Shown: positions 46,103 through 57,307 of the stretch, one piece after another
Layout of the letters: every line of letters begins with the position of its first letter
Position numbering within the stretch: the first letter of the stretch is position 1
From: an uncultured Bacilli bacterium
Lineage (GTDB): Bacteria > Bacillota_I > Bacilli_A > RF39 > UBA660
NCBI GenBank assembly: GCA_944358735.1
Contig: CALVRT010000081.1
Coordinates: 1-62,654, forward strand
Reading direction: 5' to 3'
Length of the DNA stretch: 62,654 nucleotides
Position numbers and translations under genes: made by a program
The notes under the pieces: generated by a model
What the model was told of the DNA's origin: nothing
The model's input: only the letters and a program-made list of their open reading frames with translations
Databases searched by the model: none

Positions 46103-46134
46103 AATGTAGAGTTAAAAAGTTCTACATTTTATTT
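46103..46134 (+). terminator. intrinsic terminator downstream of the tRNA
   Basis: AATGTAGA-gttaaaaagt-TCTACATT followed by TTATTT. Confidence 0.6.
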
Positions 46135-46206
46135 ATATGTTTTGTGTCACAATATATAGAAAATTAAAGGTTTTGTTATTGTAGAAAATTTTTATATTTA
46201 AATCTA

Positions 46207-46239
46207 GTTGCCGAAAAGTTGCTGAAAAGTTGCCGAAAG
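46207..46239. repeat. three tandem 11-bp repeats
   Basis: GTTGCCGAAAA GTTGCTGAAAA GTTGCCGAAAG, lying between the tRNA and the Nudix gene. Confidence 0.9.
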
Positions 46240-46324
46240 AATTGATAATTAAAATTGTTTATAAAACTTTTCAAAACAATTAATAAGAATATGATACAAT
46301 TAAACAAGAAAGAAGGAATAAGTA

Positions 46325-46792
46325 ATGGATATTAAATATATAGAAAAAGACTTCCGTTTTCTTTATCGCACATCTGCAGTTATTTTTAATTATGATAAAA
46401 CCAAAGTATTATTATTTAATGTTGAAGGTAAAAACTTTTATATGCTACCTGGCGGTAAAATCAAACAGAAAGAAACAAGTATTGAAACGATAAAAAGAGA
46501 AATAGAAGAAGAAATAGGCTTTAAAGACATTGAATTTCATTTTCTTGCCATAAGTGAAGAATTTGTTATCGATGACAGCATTTATAATCAACAAATAAAC
46601 TTAATATACCAAGGAATATTTAAAAAGCCAACTAAAGAAATTAGGTTTAATGGTTTAGAAGGTAATTGGAGTAATTTTGAATGGATTGATGTATCTAATA
46701 TAGATAATTACAATATCTACCCAAGCAAAATAAAAGAAGCCATAAAAAATCCCAATAAAGTATATCACTATATTGAGCCTTTAAAAAAATAA
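46325..46792 (+). CDS. NUDIX hydrolase
   Basis: Nudix box GGKIKQKETSIETIKREIEEEIG. Confidence 0.85.
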   Translation: MDIKYIEKDFRFLYRTSAVIFNYDKTKVLLFNVEGKNFYMLPGGKIKQKETSIETIKREIEEEIGFKDIEFHFLAISEEFVIDDSIYNQQINLIYQGIFKKPTKEIRFNGLEGNWSNFEWIDVSNIDNYNIYPSKIKEAIKNPNKVYHYIEPLKK

Positions 46793-46926
46793 TCCATATT
46801 TTTCTTTAAGACAAATTATTATTGATAATGACCCAAGCTTTGGTTTGAGTTTTTTATTTTGTAATAAATAGCCAATTATATTAACAACATTTTGACAAAA
46901 ATTAATTAATATAATATTATGAATAT

Positions 46927-47039
46927 GTCAAAGAAATTTGCATAAAATAAAAAAGGGAACATTCAGTTTTCTATGCTTAATGTCTACCCAAATTATGTTT
47001 GATTAGACACTTATTCTAATAAATGAGTGTCATTTTTTT
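46927..47039 (+). ncRNA. short non-coding transcription unit or upstream leader element before pyrG
   Basis: TTGACA (46892-46897), 17 nt, TATTAT (46915-46920). Terminator GACACT...AGTGTC followed by T7 (47006-47039), competing with the TGTCTA/TAGACA hairpin (46981-47009). There is no credible ORF. Confidence 0.4.
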
Positions 47040-47107
47040 ATATAACAAGCAAACATATAAATAATTTTTTGAAAATCAATTTATTTCTAAAACTTTTTCA
47101 AAAATAA

Positions 47108-48790
<1,683 letters not shown>

Positions 48791-48802
48791 AACTACTGAA
48801 AT

Positions 48803-50182
48803 TTAATCAGTAGTTTTTGTTATCTCATTTATTTTATCCATAAATTCTTTTTGGATTTTTTCAAGTTCTTCTTCACTGCTGGCTTCAAACCTTACTGTTA
48901 AATTAGGCCCTGTATTACTAGCTCTAACTAAAGCCCAACTATTTTCAAATTCTACTCTAATCCCATCAATATTTTCATAATTATAATTTTTATTAACAAC
49001 ATATTCCTTTAAGGCTGCGACTATCGCAAATTTATTGTCTTCTCTTACTTTTATTTTAACTTCGCCAGTTGAATAATATTTAGGAATGTCAGCTAAAAGC
49101 TCACTTACTGTTTTATCCGTTTTTGAAAGGATTTCAATAATCCGAAGTGCCCCATAAATTCCATCATCAAATCCTTGATAACGGTCTCTAAAGAATAAAT
49201 GACCTGAATACTCACCACCAAAATCAAAATTACCATCCTGCATTGTTTTATTACAATAACTATTACCTGTCCGGTTCATAACTGGCTCTAGGCCTAATTT
49301 TTTAACATCATCAATTAAAGCTCTCGAACATTTGACATCAAATAAAGCTTTTTTAGTTTTCATAGTTTTAGCTAAATCACGATATATTAATAACATAATA
49401 ATATCCGCACTGATAAATTTACCATTTTCATCGGTCATTCCTACTCTATCAGCATCACCATCAATCCCAATACCTAAATCAAACTTAAGTTCTTTAACTT
49501 TTTCACCCAAGTCCTGCATATATTCACTAACTGAAGGGTCTGGCGTATGATTAGGGAAATCAGGGTTACTATCACAATACAAATACTCGGTCTCTAAATC
49601 AAACTCTTTAAAAACATCACGAATTACTTCACTAGCTGTACCATTACCACAGTCGACAACAACTTTAATTTTTTTTGGTCCTAAATTAATATGTTCTTTT
49701 ATATTTTCGATATAAGGCTTTTTAATATCTGCTTTAACAGTTTTACCTTCCCCACTATCAAACTCTAATTTATTAGTAAACATTTTAAAATTTTCAATCA
49801 TTTCACCAAAAGCATTACCAAAGGCATCAAAAGCCACTTTAAATCCATTATATTCTTTGGGATTATGGCTTGCAGTAATCATAATACCAGGATTAATATT
49901 ATAATACTTACGAGCAAAATAATACATTGGTGTAGTAACTAGTCCTAAATCAACAACATTCATTCCACTATCGTTTAAACCTTTAATTAAAGCTTCAGCT
50001 AAAACTGGTGATGATTTACGGTTGTCATGACCGACTAATACTTTTGTCTGCTCTCTTCCTTTAATATAAGTGCCAAAACTCCGGCCAATCGTATAAGCAA
50101 CATCTTCATTCAAATCTTCTTCATAAATACCACGAATATCATATTCTCTAAAAATCTGTTCATTTATTTTTGTTATTTCCAT
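48803..50182 (-). CDS. phosphomannomutase/phosphoglucomutase-family phosphohexomutase
   Basis: Phosphoserine loop TASHNPKEYNGFK, metal loop DGDADR, and sugar loop GGEYSGH. Confidence 0.88.
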   Translation of the reverse strand: MEITKINEQIFREYDIRGIYEEDLNEDVAYTIGRSFGTYIKGREQTKVLVGHDNRKSSPVLAEALIKGLNDSGMNVVDLGLVTTPMYYFARKYYNINPGIMITASHNPKEYNGFKVAFDAFGNAFGEMIENFKMFTNKLEFDSGEGKTVKADIKKPYIENIKEHINLGPKKIKVVVDCGNGTASEVIRDVFKEFDLETEYLYCDSNPDFPNHTPDPSVSEYMQDLGEKVKELKFDLGIGIDGDADRVGMTDENGKFISADIIMLLIYRDLAKTMKTKKALFDVKCSRALIDDVKKLGLEPVMNRTGNSYCNKTMQDGNFDFGGEYSGHLFFRDRYQGFDDGIYGALRIIEILSKTDKTVSELLADIPKYYSTGEVKIKVREDNKFAIVAALKEYVVNKNYNYENIDGIRVEFENSWALVRASNTGPNLTVRFEASSEEELEKIQKEFMDKINEITKTTD

Positions 50183-50267
50183 ATTATCACCACTATTATT
50201 TTATCAAATAGGTTTTATAAAATCTAGTCTTTTTTTGATAATATGATATAATGTTATCGGTGGTTTT

Positions 50268-50855
50268 ATGATAATTAAAGTAAATAGTAAACAAGATATA
50301 TTAAAATTTTATAAAAGAATTGCCTTATATCGAACCTTTATCTTTCGCTTTACTACTTTTAAGTTAAATGAAGATAATCCAAAGCTAACCCCAATAATTA
50401 AAGCTTTAAATATTAAAAAAAGAAAAAAACGTATAACTTATATTTATCACACCATCTGCACACAAATAGATGATTTTTATAAAAATACCGATATGTGTGA
50501 GTTTAAGAATGGCAAATGTTTATCACAAAGACTTGGTAATTCCGATAAAGTTAATGGATGTTGCCGTATTTGTAAATATCAAACAAGTGGTGCTTGTCCT
50601 ACTAAAAATTTAGCTTGTAAATTATTTTACTGCGAATCGGTCAAAGAAAAACATGAAGTAATTACTTTAGATGATTTGCCAATTTTCAAATGTTTTTCAC
50701 CACTTCAAAGATTTATTGTTAAATCTGACTTCTTTTCTTCAGAAAAAGATGTAATAAATGATTTATATTTAGGAATTATTCCGGCAACTATTAGAGTAAG
50801 TATTCGCTTTTTAGACACATTAATAAATAGCAAAAAATTTTCAGCCAAAAGCTGA
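50268..50855 (+). CDS. Cys-rich hypothetical protein
   Basis: CEFKNGKCLSQRL...NGCCRICKYQTSGACPTKNLACKLFYC; no family recognised. Confidence 0.45.
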   Translation: MIIKVNSKQDILKFYKRIALYRTFIFRFTTFKLNEDNPKLTPIIKALNIKKRKKRITYIYHTICTQIDDFYKNTDMCEFKNGKCLSQRLGNSDKVNGCCRICKYQTSGACPTKNLACKLFYCESVKEKHEVITLDDLPIFKCFSPLQRFIVKSDFFSSEKDVINDLYLGIIPATIRVSIRFLDTLINSKKFSAKS

Positions 50856-50911
50856 CTTTTTTATAACCATTTTTCTGGGCTGGCATACATTATTTTAGAA
50901 GGGGGAAATAT

Positions 50912-50983
50912 ATGAATAACTTACAAGTGGTAATTGATGCCGGCCATGGTGGCCCCAGCGTATCCCGAATATTATTTTATTAA
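50912..50983 (+). pseudogene. 5' stub of an Amidase_3 (N-acetylmuramoyl-L-alanine amidase) gene, truncated by the mobile-element insertion
   Basis: aagggggaaatatATG, then MNNLQVVIDAGHGGP. After this it diverges (SVSRILFY-stop) exactly where AT-rich element DNA begins. VIDxGHGG is the N-terminal zinc-ligand motif of Amidase_3. Confidence 0.65.
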
Positions 50984-52584
50984 TTTGAAAAATTCCATAC
51001 TATATTTATATTTCTTGTATTTGTTTCTTTATCATAAGAACCAATATAAATTTTATCAATAAATTCATCAACTATAACTTTATTTAGTTTCGTAATTTTA
51101 TTATATTTTTTTAACACTTCAGATGTTTGCATTTTATTATCTTCAGTTTGCTTATAATGTATAATTTCTTCGTCTAACTTTTTTTCTCTATTTATCATTG
51201 TATCAATTTCTTTTAAATAATCAGAAGATAACATTTTAAACATATCATCAGTTATTATTCCTTTTACTTTATCCTCATATAATTTTCTATAATAACTTTT
51301 ATTTTCTTCTATTTTTTTATTAATGCTATTTTTTTCATTTTCTAATATTTTTATTTGTTCAAGATTAATATTATTAATTTTCAGCTTTTTATATTGTTCT
51401 TGTAACAGCTCTTTATCATAATATTTCTTTAATAAATCATTGATAGCATCTAGTAATATTTTTTCCATATCTTGCAATTTTATTGATTTTTTATTTTGAC
51501 ATGTATGCGTTTGTTTTGCTCCTTTACATTGTAAATATATTCTTCTTCCATTAGGAGAACTTTTAACTTTATATGTATTTCTTATAAAAGCTTTTTGGCA
51601 TTCACTACAATATACTTTTCTACTCAAATAATGAATTTCTCCGCATCTTGTTGGGCATTCATGAGAATTCAGTCTTTTTTGTACAGTATTCCACACTTCT
51701 TTGGTAATAATTGGCTCGTGAGCATTTTCAGTTCTACACCATAGCCTTTTAGGTACTTTTTTAGATTTATGAACTTTATAACTTAAGGAAGTCTTTTTTC
51801 CTTGTACTAAATTCCCAATATAAACTTCATTTTTTAATATAGTTGCGATGGTATCCTTTGTCCACACAACTTTATCATAATCACATGTTCCACAAACAAA
51901 ATTACTACCACACTGCTTTTTATATTGAGCAGGAGTTGGAATGTTTAAGTTATTTAAATGTTCACAAATTTTATAATAGCCAAGACCACTTACATATAAT
52001 TCAAATATTTTTTTTACTACTTCAGCCGCTACTGGATCAATTACCAATTTATGTTTATCATTTTCACTTCTTTGATAACCATAAGGAGCAAAACTTCCCA
52101 TAAACAAACCATCATCACGTTTGTTTTTCAAAGATTTTTTTATATTTTGCGATAAATCTTCTAAATACCATTCATTTATAAGCCCATTAATCTGTCTTGA
52201 TTTTTTATTGGCTTCATTATTTGTATCAGCATTATCAATAATACTAACAAATCTTACGCCCCACTCTATAAACTTATTATGTAAATATCTTTCTATAACT
52301 TCCATATCTCTTGAAAATCTTGATTGACTTTTACATAATACCAAGTTAATTCTACCTTTTTCACAATCTTTCATAAGACGTTCAAACTCTGGCCTATAAG
52401 TACCGGCTCCTGAAAAATCATCATCAGAATATATATCTACTACATTCCAACCATTTTGAGCAGCATACTTTACACACATACTTTTTTGATTTACTATACT
52501 ATTACTATCATCATTTTTATTTGCTTTAAATCTATCCTCATCAGATAGTCTTGTATATACACCCACCTTCGTTATCATAGCCAT
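50980..52584 (-). CDS. large serine recombinase (integrase of the element)
   Basis: N-terminal resolvase domain (VGVYTRLSDED, catalytic Ser), recombinase domain, a zinc-ribbon-like Cys cluster (CPTRCG...CSEC) and a C-terminal coiled coil. Confidence 0.9.
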   Translation of the reverse strand: MAMITKVGVYTRLSDEDRFKANKNDDSNSIVNQKSMCVKYAAQNGWNVVDIYSDDDFSGAGTYRPEFERLMKDCEKGRINLVLCKSQSRFSRDMEVIERYLHNKFIEWGVRFVSIIDNADTNNEANKKSRQINGLINEWYLEDLSQNIKKSLKNKRDDGLFMGSFAPYGYQRSENDKHKLVIDPVAAEVVKKIFELYVSGLGYYKICEHLNNLNIPTPAQYKKQCGSNFVCGTCDYDKVVWTKDTIATILKNEVYIGNLVQGKKTSLSYKVHKSKKVPKRLWCRTENAHEPIITKEVWNTVQKRLNSHECPTRCGEIHYLSRKVYCSECQKAFIRNTYKVKSSPNGRRIYLQCKGAKQTHTCQNKKSIKLQDMEKILLDAINDLLKKYYDKELLQEQYKKLKINNINLEQIKILENEKNSINKKIEENKSYYRKLYEDKVKGIITDDMFKMLSSDYLKEIDTMINREKKLDEEIIHYKQTEDNKMQTSEVLKKYNKITKLNKVIVDEFIDKIYIGSYDKETNTRNINIVWNFSN

Positions 52585-52644
52585 TCCTCCAATCGTAATG
52601 AATGACTATAGAATTTATTAAATACAAATTTATTATACATTAAT

Positions 52645-52791
52645 TCACTCTTTTTTTAAACCTATGATAGCAGTATTTTCTAAAGTTAATATAATATTTA
52701 ACAACTTTTTGTTAAATATATCTTTAACCTTTTCTACTGACTCATTTTCATTATTTTTAATAACACTTTCTATATTATATTTAATTTCCAT
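52645..52791 (-). CDS. 48-aa hypothetical protein of the element
   Basis: aagggggtagacaaATG, then MEIKYNIESVIKNNENESVEKVKDIFNKKLLNIILTLENTAIIGLKKE. It is below the ORF-track cut-off. Confidence 0.4.
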   Translation of the reverse strand: MEIKYNIESVIKNNENESVEKVKDIFNKKLLNIILTLENTAIIGLKKE

Positions 52792-52944
52792 TTGTCTACC
52801 CCCTTTTACTTTTATTTTTTAATGGCATTTAAAGTGAGTGTTATGATAAAACAATATTTACAATTAATAAAGTTTTATCACTTAATTTTATTCCAATTAT
52901 GAAAGCAACTTTACATTTAATATTTTAAACATTTATAGTAATTT

Positions 52945-54921
52945 TTACATGCCAAATCCTTTTATATGAATTTCTACTGTTTTGTTATCATCATTTATTT
53001 GTAAATGAAATTTATTGTCAGAAATTATTTTTTTTAAGAAAAAAACATCACTATTTTTTAGTAATGTTTTAAACTTTATTATCATATATGTTTTATTATT
53101 ACATTCATCATATTCAACATTTTCTATACTATTATCAAATTTATTTATAATTAATCTTTTTATATCATTAAATATATTTTGTTCTTGTGATTGTTTTTGT
53201 TTAATTAAATCTTTTTGACTTCTATTCAATCTATTTTTATTAAAATTTAACAAAGTATTCTTTTGCGTAAAATCAATATCTTCAACTGTAAAATAGTTAT
53301 AACTTAAATCTAATAAACTTTTTTCCTCTCTATCTATTTTACCTTCTTTATAACATTTAAATTTATTATATAAAATTGTATCTCTTATTATTGGATACCC
53401 TACTGTTGGAAATATAATCATTTTATAATGAAGCTGTTTAACTTCATCTGGCGTAAGTAAATCACGTGCCATTAGTGAAGTTGAATTATTTCCACTATAA
53501 TCCATAATACTAAGAGATTGAGAAATAGAAGAAGATTCAATTGTTTTTTTACCTAGTCTTTTACTTATTGCCTCTGCTGTATCTTGAGTATTTGTTTTTA
53601 AATAGACAAGCCCACAGTTATCCAAAATTATTTGAGCAACTTCTTTTCCATAAACATTATCAAGCTGACTAAAAGATTGTATAAAAAAATGAAATCTCAT
53701 TCCTCTACTTCTAGCAACAGAAACCAATGCCTCTATATCGGCAAGTGGCGGACAATTAGCAAATTCATCTAAAATAAAATCTATTTGAACAGGTAATTTT
53801 TTATCTTCGTGTTTATTAGCTAATTTTACCAACTCTTTGTACAAAAGACCAACAATAATTGAAACTAAGGTATAATATGTTTTATCTTCATCCGGAACTA
53901 TTATATAAAATGCAACCGGTTCTTTACCTAATATATCAAAATCAAAATCACTACTACTAGTAACATTAGCAACGTTTATATCACCAAATATAGACATCTT
54001 CTCGCCAAAAACAGCGGTTATACTTTTATATGTATTTTCACTTGCTGAAAGAATTGAAATTAAACTATCCTTTGATTTTAATCCATATTCTTTTGATTCA
54101 ATATAGCCTTTAAATTTATCAAAATTTTTATCAGCCATTGATGAGTTTTGAAATTGTTTAATGTTTGACATTGTTATTTGCTCACGTTTTATTTTCTTAT
54201 CTTTATATTCTTCCAAAAACAAACCAATTAATCCTTCTAGTAGTTGCCTTGCTGAATTGTTCCAAAAAGGATCTTTCGGGTTTTCTTTTTCTTTCATTAC
54301 CATTTCAGATAAAGAAACTATTAATCTATTTGTTTCTGCATAATGACTCATTGCCATATTTTTATAATGCTTTTTTAAATTCTTATCTATTTCATTTTTA
54401 TATTTTTCGGCATTGTTAAGGTAATTTTCATATTCTAAGATTATAGGCTCTAAAATATTAATTCGATTTGACTTTTCTGGATTTCTAAAATCTATTGTGA
54501 TAACCTTATAGCCCCTATCGTTAAACATCTTACTTGTACAAGAAAATATTTCTCCCTTGGGGTCTGTTATGAAAACACTTCTTTTATTTATAGCCGAAGA
54601 TATGAATGCACACAAAGGAATTACTTGAGTAACAGATTTTCCAGAACCCGTTGAACCCAAATAAACCCAATGTGGTGTTTCATTATCAAACCAACCATTA
54701 TTTAATTTTTTATCAAAATATATTGGAAATCCAACTTTGCGAATGTTAGAAATTTTTTCTTTAGTAAAATATTTATTTATTTCTGATTCAGTTGCAAATC
54801 TTGCACTACCATATTCGTTGCTATTCTTTATTTTATGTTTAAATATAATTGGCTCTATATACATAAAAACAATAATAAATAAAATAATTAAAAGCAATAA
54901 AACAAAAAGCGATAAACTCAT
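52945..54921 (-). CDS. type IV secretion coupling protein (VirD4/TraG family)
   Basis: N-terminal TM helix, Walker A GSTGSGKS, Walker B-like FILDEFAN. Confidence 0.85.
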   Translation of the reverse strand: MSLSLFVLLLLIILFIIVFMYIEPIIFKHKIKNSNEYGSARFATESEINKYFTKEKISNIRKVGFPIYFDKKLNNGWFDNETPHWVYLGSTGSGKSVTQVIPLCAFISSAINKRSVFITDPKGEIFSCTSKMFNDRGYKVITIDFRNPEKSNRINILEPIILEYENYLNNAEKYKNEIDKNLKKHYKNMAMSHYAETNRLIVSLSEMVMKEKENPKDPFWNNSARQLLEGLIGLFLEEYKDKKIKREQITMSNIKQFQNSSMADKNFDKFKGYIESKEYGLKSKDSLISILSASENTYKSITAVFGEKMSIFGDINVANVTSSSDFDFDILGKEPVAFYIIVPDEDKTYYTLVSIIVGLLYKELVKLANKHEDKKLPVQIDFILDEFANCPPLADIEALVSVARSRGMRFHFFIQSFSQLDNVYGKEVAQIILDNCGLVYLKTNTQDTAEAISKRLGKKTIESSSISQSLSIMDYSGNNSTSLMARDLLTPDEVKQLHYKMIIFPTVGYPIIRDTILYNKFKCYKEGKIDREEKSLLDLSYNYFTVEDIDFTQKNTLLNFNKNRLNRSQKDLIKQKQSQEQNIFNDIKRLIINKFDNSIENVEYDECNNKTYMIIKFKTLLKNSDVFFLKKIISDNKFHLQINDDNKTVEIHIKGFGM

Positions 54922-54945
54922 AATTTATCCTCCATTACTTTATCA

Positions 54946-55410
54946 CTATAATTCATAATCGTCATCATAATTATTTCCTAAAACTTTTTTTATAGCAATT
55001 TCTAATCCATGTTTTAAAGCAGAATTATTTTCAATATCTTCTATAGTAAGTTCTAAAGCATCCAAAGTATCATCCAACTCATAAGTATAACCATATTCAT
55101 GATTTTCAAGTTCACTAACAAACATATCTTTAATATAACCCTCACCTGTTTTATCAGCTTTTATTAATTCATTATGTTCTTTTCTAATATCATTCCATAA
55201 CTTATTATATGCTTCAAGATCAGTTTTTCTTATAAAACCACCGCCACCAATAGAATAAATCTTATCAGTGTCAGTATATTCTAATCCCCATTTTTTCATT
55301 CCATTTTCAAATTGTTCTTGATTAAAAGCAAACATTAAGGGAAATTCGTTAACTCTTTTTTGATGTTTTTCTTTTATTTCATCATACTTATTTTTCACTA
55401 ATATCACCAT
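54946..55410 (-). CDS. acidic hypothetical protein of the element
   Basis: 154 aa with an acidic C-terminus (NNYDDDYEL); no motif recognised. Confidence 0.5.
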   Translation of the reverse strand: MVILVKNKYDEIKEKHQKRVNEFPLMFAFNQEQFENGMKKWGLEYTDTDKIYSIGGGGFIRKTDLEAYNKLWNDIRKEHNELIKADKTGEGYIKDMFVSELENHEYGYTYELDDTLDALELTIEDIENNSALKHGLEIAIKKVLGNNYDDDYEL

Positions 55411-55460
55411 CCTTTAAAATAAATATTTAATAATTATAAAATGATCAATTGTGTTTTTTT

Positions 55461-55494
55461 AAAACAAAAAAAGTGAAACAAACTCCTCACTTTT
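55461..55494 (-). terminator. intrinsic terminator after the relaxase operon
   Basis: Minus strand reads AAAAGTGA-ggagtttgtt-TCACTTTT followed by TTTGTTTT. Confidence 0.65.
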
Positions 55495-55713
55495 CAAAAT
55501 AAAAACATCACTATAACTAGTGACTGTCTTTATTATTACCGTCATACCACTTACTGTAGGAATATGTATGGCAGTAAAGTTAAATGGTTTAACTTTGATA
55601 AATAAACAAATATTTATCTCAAATAAATAATAACATAATATGACAAAATATGCAATTTATTTTAAATTAATTACTAAATAATTTAAACACAATACAATTA
55701 CCTACTAAAAAAA

Positions 55714-57003
55714 TTACTTGTTTTTCTCGTCATAATTAAATAATTTACTAAACTCTTGCGATGCTTCTTCCATTTCATAGTTTATGTTTTTTATTGCTTT
55801 TTGTATATTATAAATATTTTTATAATTCTTATTATTTGAAGATAACGCTGTTCTAATAATATCTTTTTTTGAATATTTTTTATTTTGTTTGTAATTATTT
55901 AAAATTATTTCTTTAAAAATATCATTTCCATTTATTTTTAGTTGTTTTATTTGCCCACTATAATATTTTTGTGTAGAATTAACAATCGCATTTAAAATAT
56001 AGTTATCCAAATATTTTTTCTTCATTTCAGTATATGAAAAATTTAAATTCGAACTTTTTATTTTATTATTTTTACCTAAATCAGTAATATAATTGTTAAG
56101 CATTTTTATACTATCATTAAAATTCTTTTTAGAAATTTTTAAATTGAAATCAATTTTAAATAAATCATTTTTGATTTCTTTTGTTAATTTTTTTATTTCA
56201 TCTTCATTAATAGAATTATATTTTATTTTAGCTCTCATTCCATATTCGTTTTCGTATAACATTTTGCCTAAAGTTAAAATTTTTTCTTCCAAAATGATAT
56301 TGTTTTTATTTTTCAAAATAAAATTATAAGAATTTGAATCAAAATATTTTTTAAACTCTTCAATATCTTTATTAATGTTTATAGACATTGGTTTGAATTT
56401 TGAATTTCTCTCAATAGAAAGACAAGTTTCTTGTTTTAGAAAATTAATAACATTTTGCGGGATTTTGGCCTGCCTTCTATACTTTAACTTTCCGTCTTTT
56501 GCTCTAGTGTTTGGACAACGTTCCATAAATGCAATATGAAAGTGAGGATGTTTAGTATTAGTATGTAATGAAAAAACATAAAACATTTTTTTTGCATCTT
56601 CAAACCCCATTTTTTTAAACACTTTAGGAAGAATCTCTTTTGCTAATTTTGTTTCTAAATCATCATAAGAAATATTACTATCTATATACTTTTTATCAAA
56701 CGATAAAACAATTTGCCATAAATTAGAATTATTGAATTGTTTGCTTATATATTTTTTGATTCTTGTTTTTTCTTCTGGAGCTGCTTTTTTACCATTTTCC
56801 ATTACTAAATTTATATCATCATGTTTATTAATTTTCCCAGTAAAATAATCAACTAAATTTAATGCTCGTTTTTTATCATCAGAAAAATAATCAATTATGT
56901 GTTCGTTATATTTTTTATCTTTATCAATATTTTTCTTTACTCTATCAGGATTATTTATTGCAAGTTTATAATTAGTTCTAACAATAACTTTTGGCTTATT
57001 CAT
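55714..57003 (-). CDS. putative conjugative relaxase
   Basis: The histidine-triad-like motif SLHTNTKHPHFHIAF follows an N-terminal Tyr-containing region. It lies next to the coupling protein. Confidence 0.6.
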   Translation of the reverse strand: MNKPKVIVRTNYKLAINNPDRVKKNIDKDKKYNEHIIDYFSDDKKRALNLVDYFTGKINKHDDINLVMENGKKAAPEEKTRIKKYISKQFNNSNLWQIVLSFDKKYIDSNISYDDLETKLAKEILPKVFKKMGFEDAKKMFYVFSLHTNTKHPHFHIAFMERCPNTRAKDGKLKYRRQAKIPQNVINFLKQETCLSIERNSKFKPMSININKDIEEFKKYFDSNSYNFILKNKNNIILEEKILTLGKMLYENEYGMRAKIKYNSINEDEIKKLTKEIKNDLFKIDFNLKISKKNFNDSIKMLNNYITDLGKNNKIKSSNLNFSYTEMKKKYLDNYILNAIVNSTQKYYSGQIKQLKINGNDIFKEIILNNYKQNKKYSKKDIIRTALSSNNKNYKNIYNIQKAIKNINYEMEEASQEFSKLFNYDEKNK

Positions 57004-57307
57004 TAAAATATTTGCCTTTCATTTTTTTATAAAAACATTTTAAATTAGGACTGTTATTAACATCTGTAACACTTAACCCTATATCTGAATATGTTTGTTC
57101 TAACAATCTTTTTATAATATAACAATTTTTATCTACATTATTAATTACTTTAAATATATCATTGAGATATAACAATAGTTTTTCCGAAGTCAAACTAAGT
57201 TCTAATAATCGATTGCATTCTTTATTAAAACTGGTATTATTCTGTTTTACTTTATTCTTTATTTGTTTATACACTATTTCATTAATTCTTATATGTGTGT
57301 CTACCAT
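56996..57307 (-). CDS. hypothetical protein (possible relaxosome accessory factor)
   Basis: Overlaps the relaxase start by 8 nt. Confidence 0.45.
   Translation of the reverse strand: MVDTHIRINEIVYKQIKNKVKQNNTSFNKECNRLLELSLTSEKLLLYLNDIFKVINNVDKNCYIIKRLLEQTYSDIGLSVTDVNNSPNLKCFYKKMKGKYFNE

Noticed and set aside
46207-46239. The tandem 11-mers as a CRISPR array or minisatellite
   Set aside because: There are only three contiguous copies with no spacers, which is far too short for CRISPR. No cas genes are present in the window.
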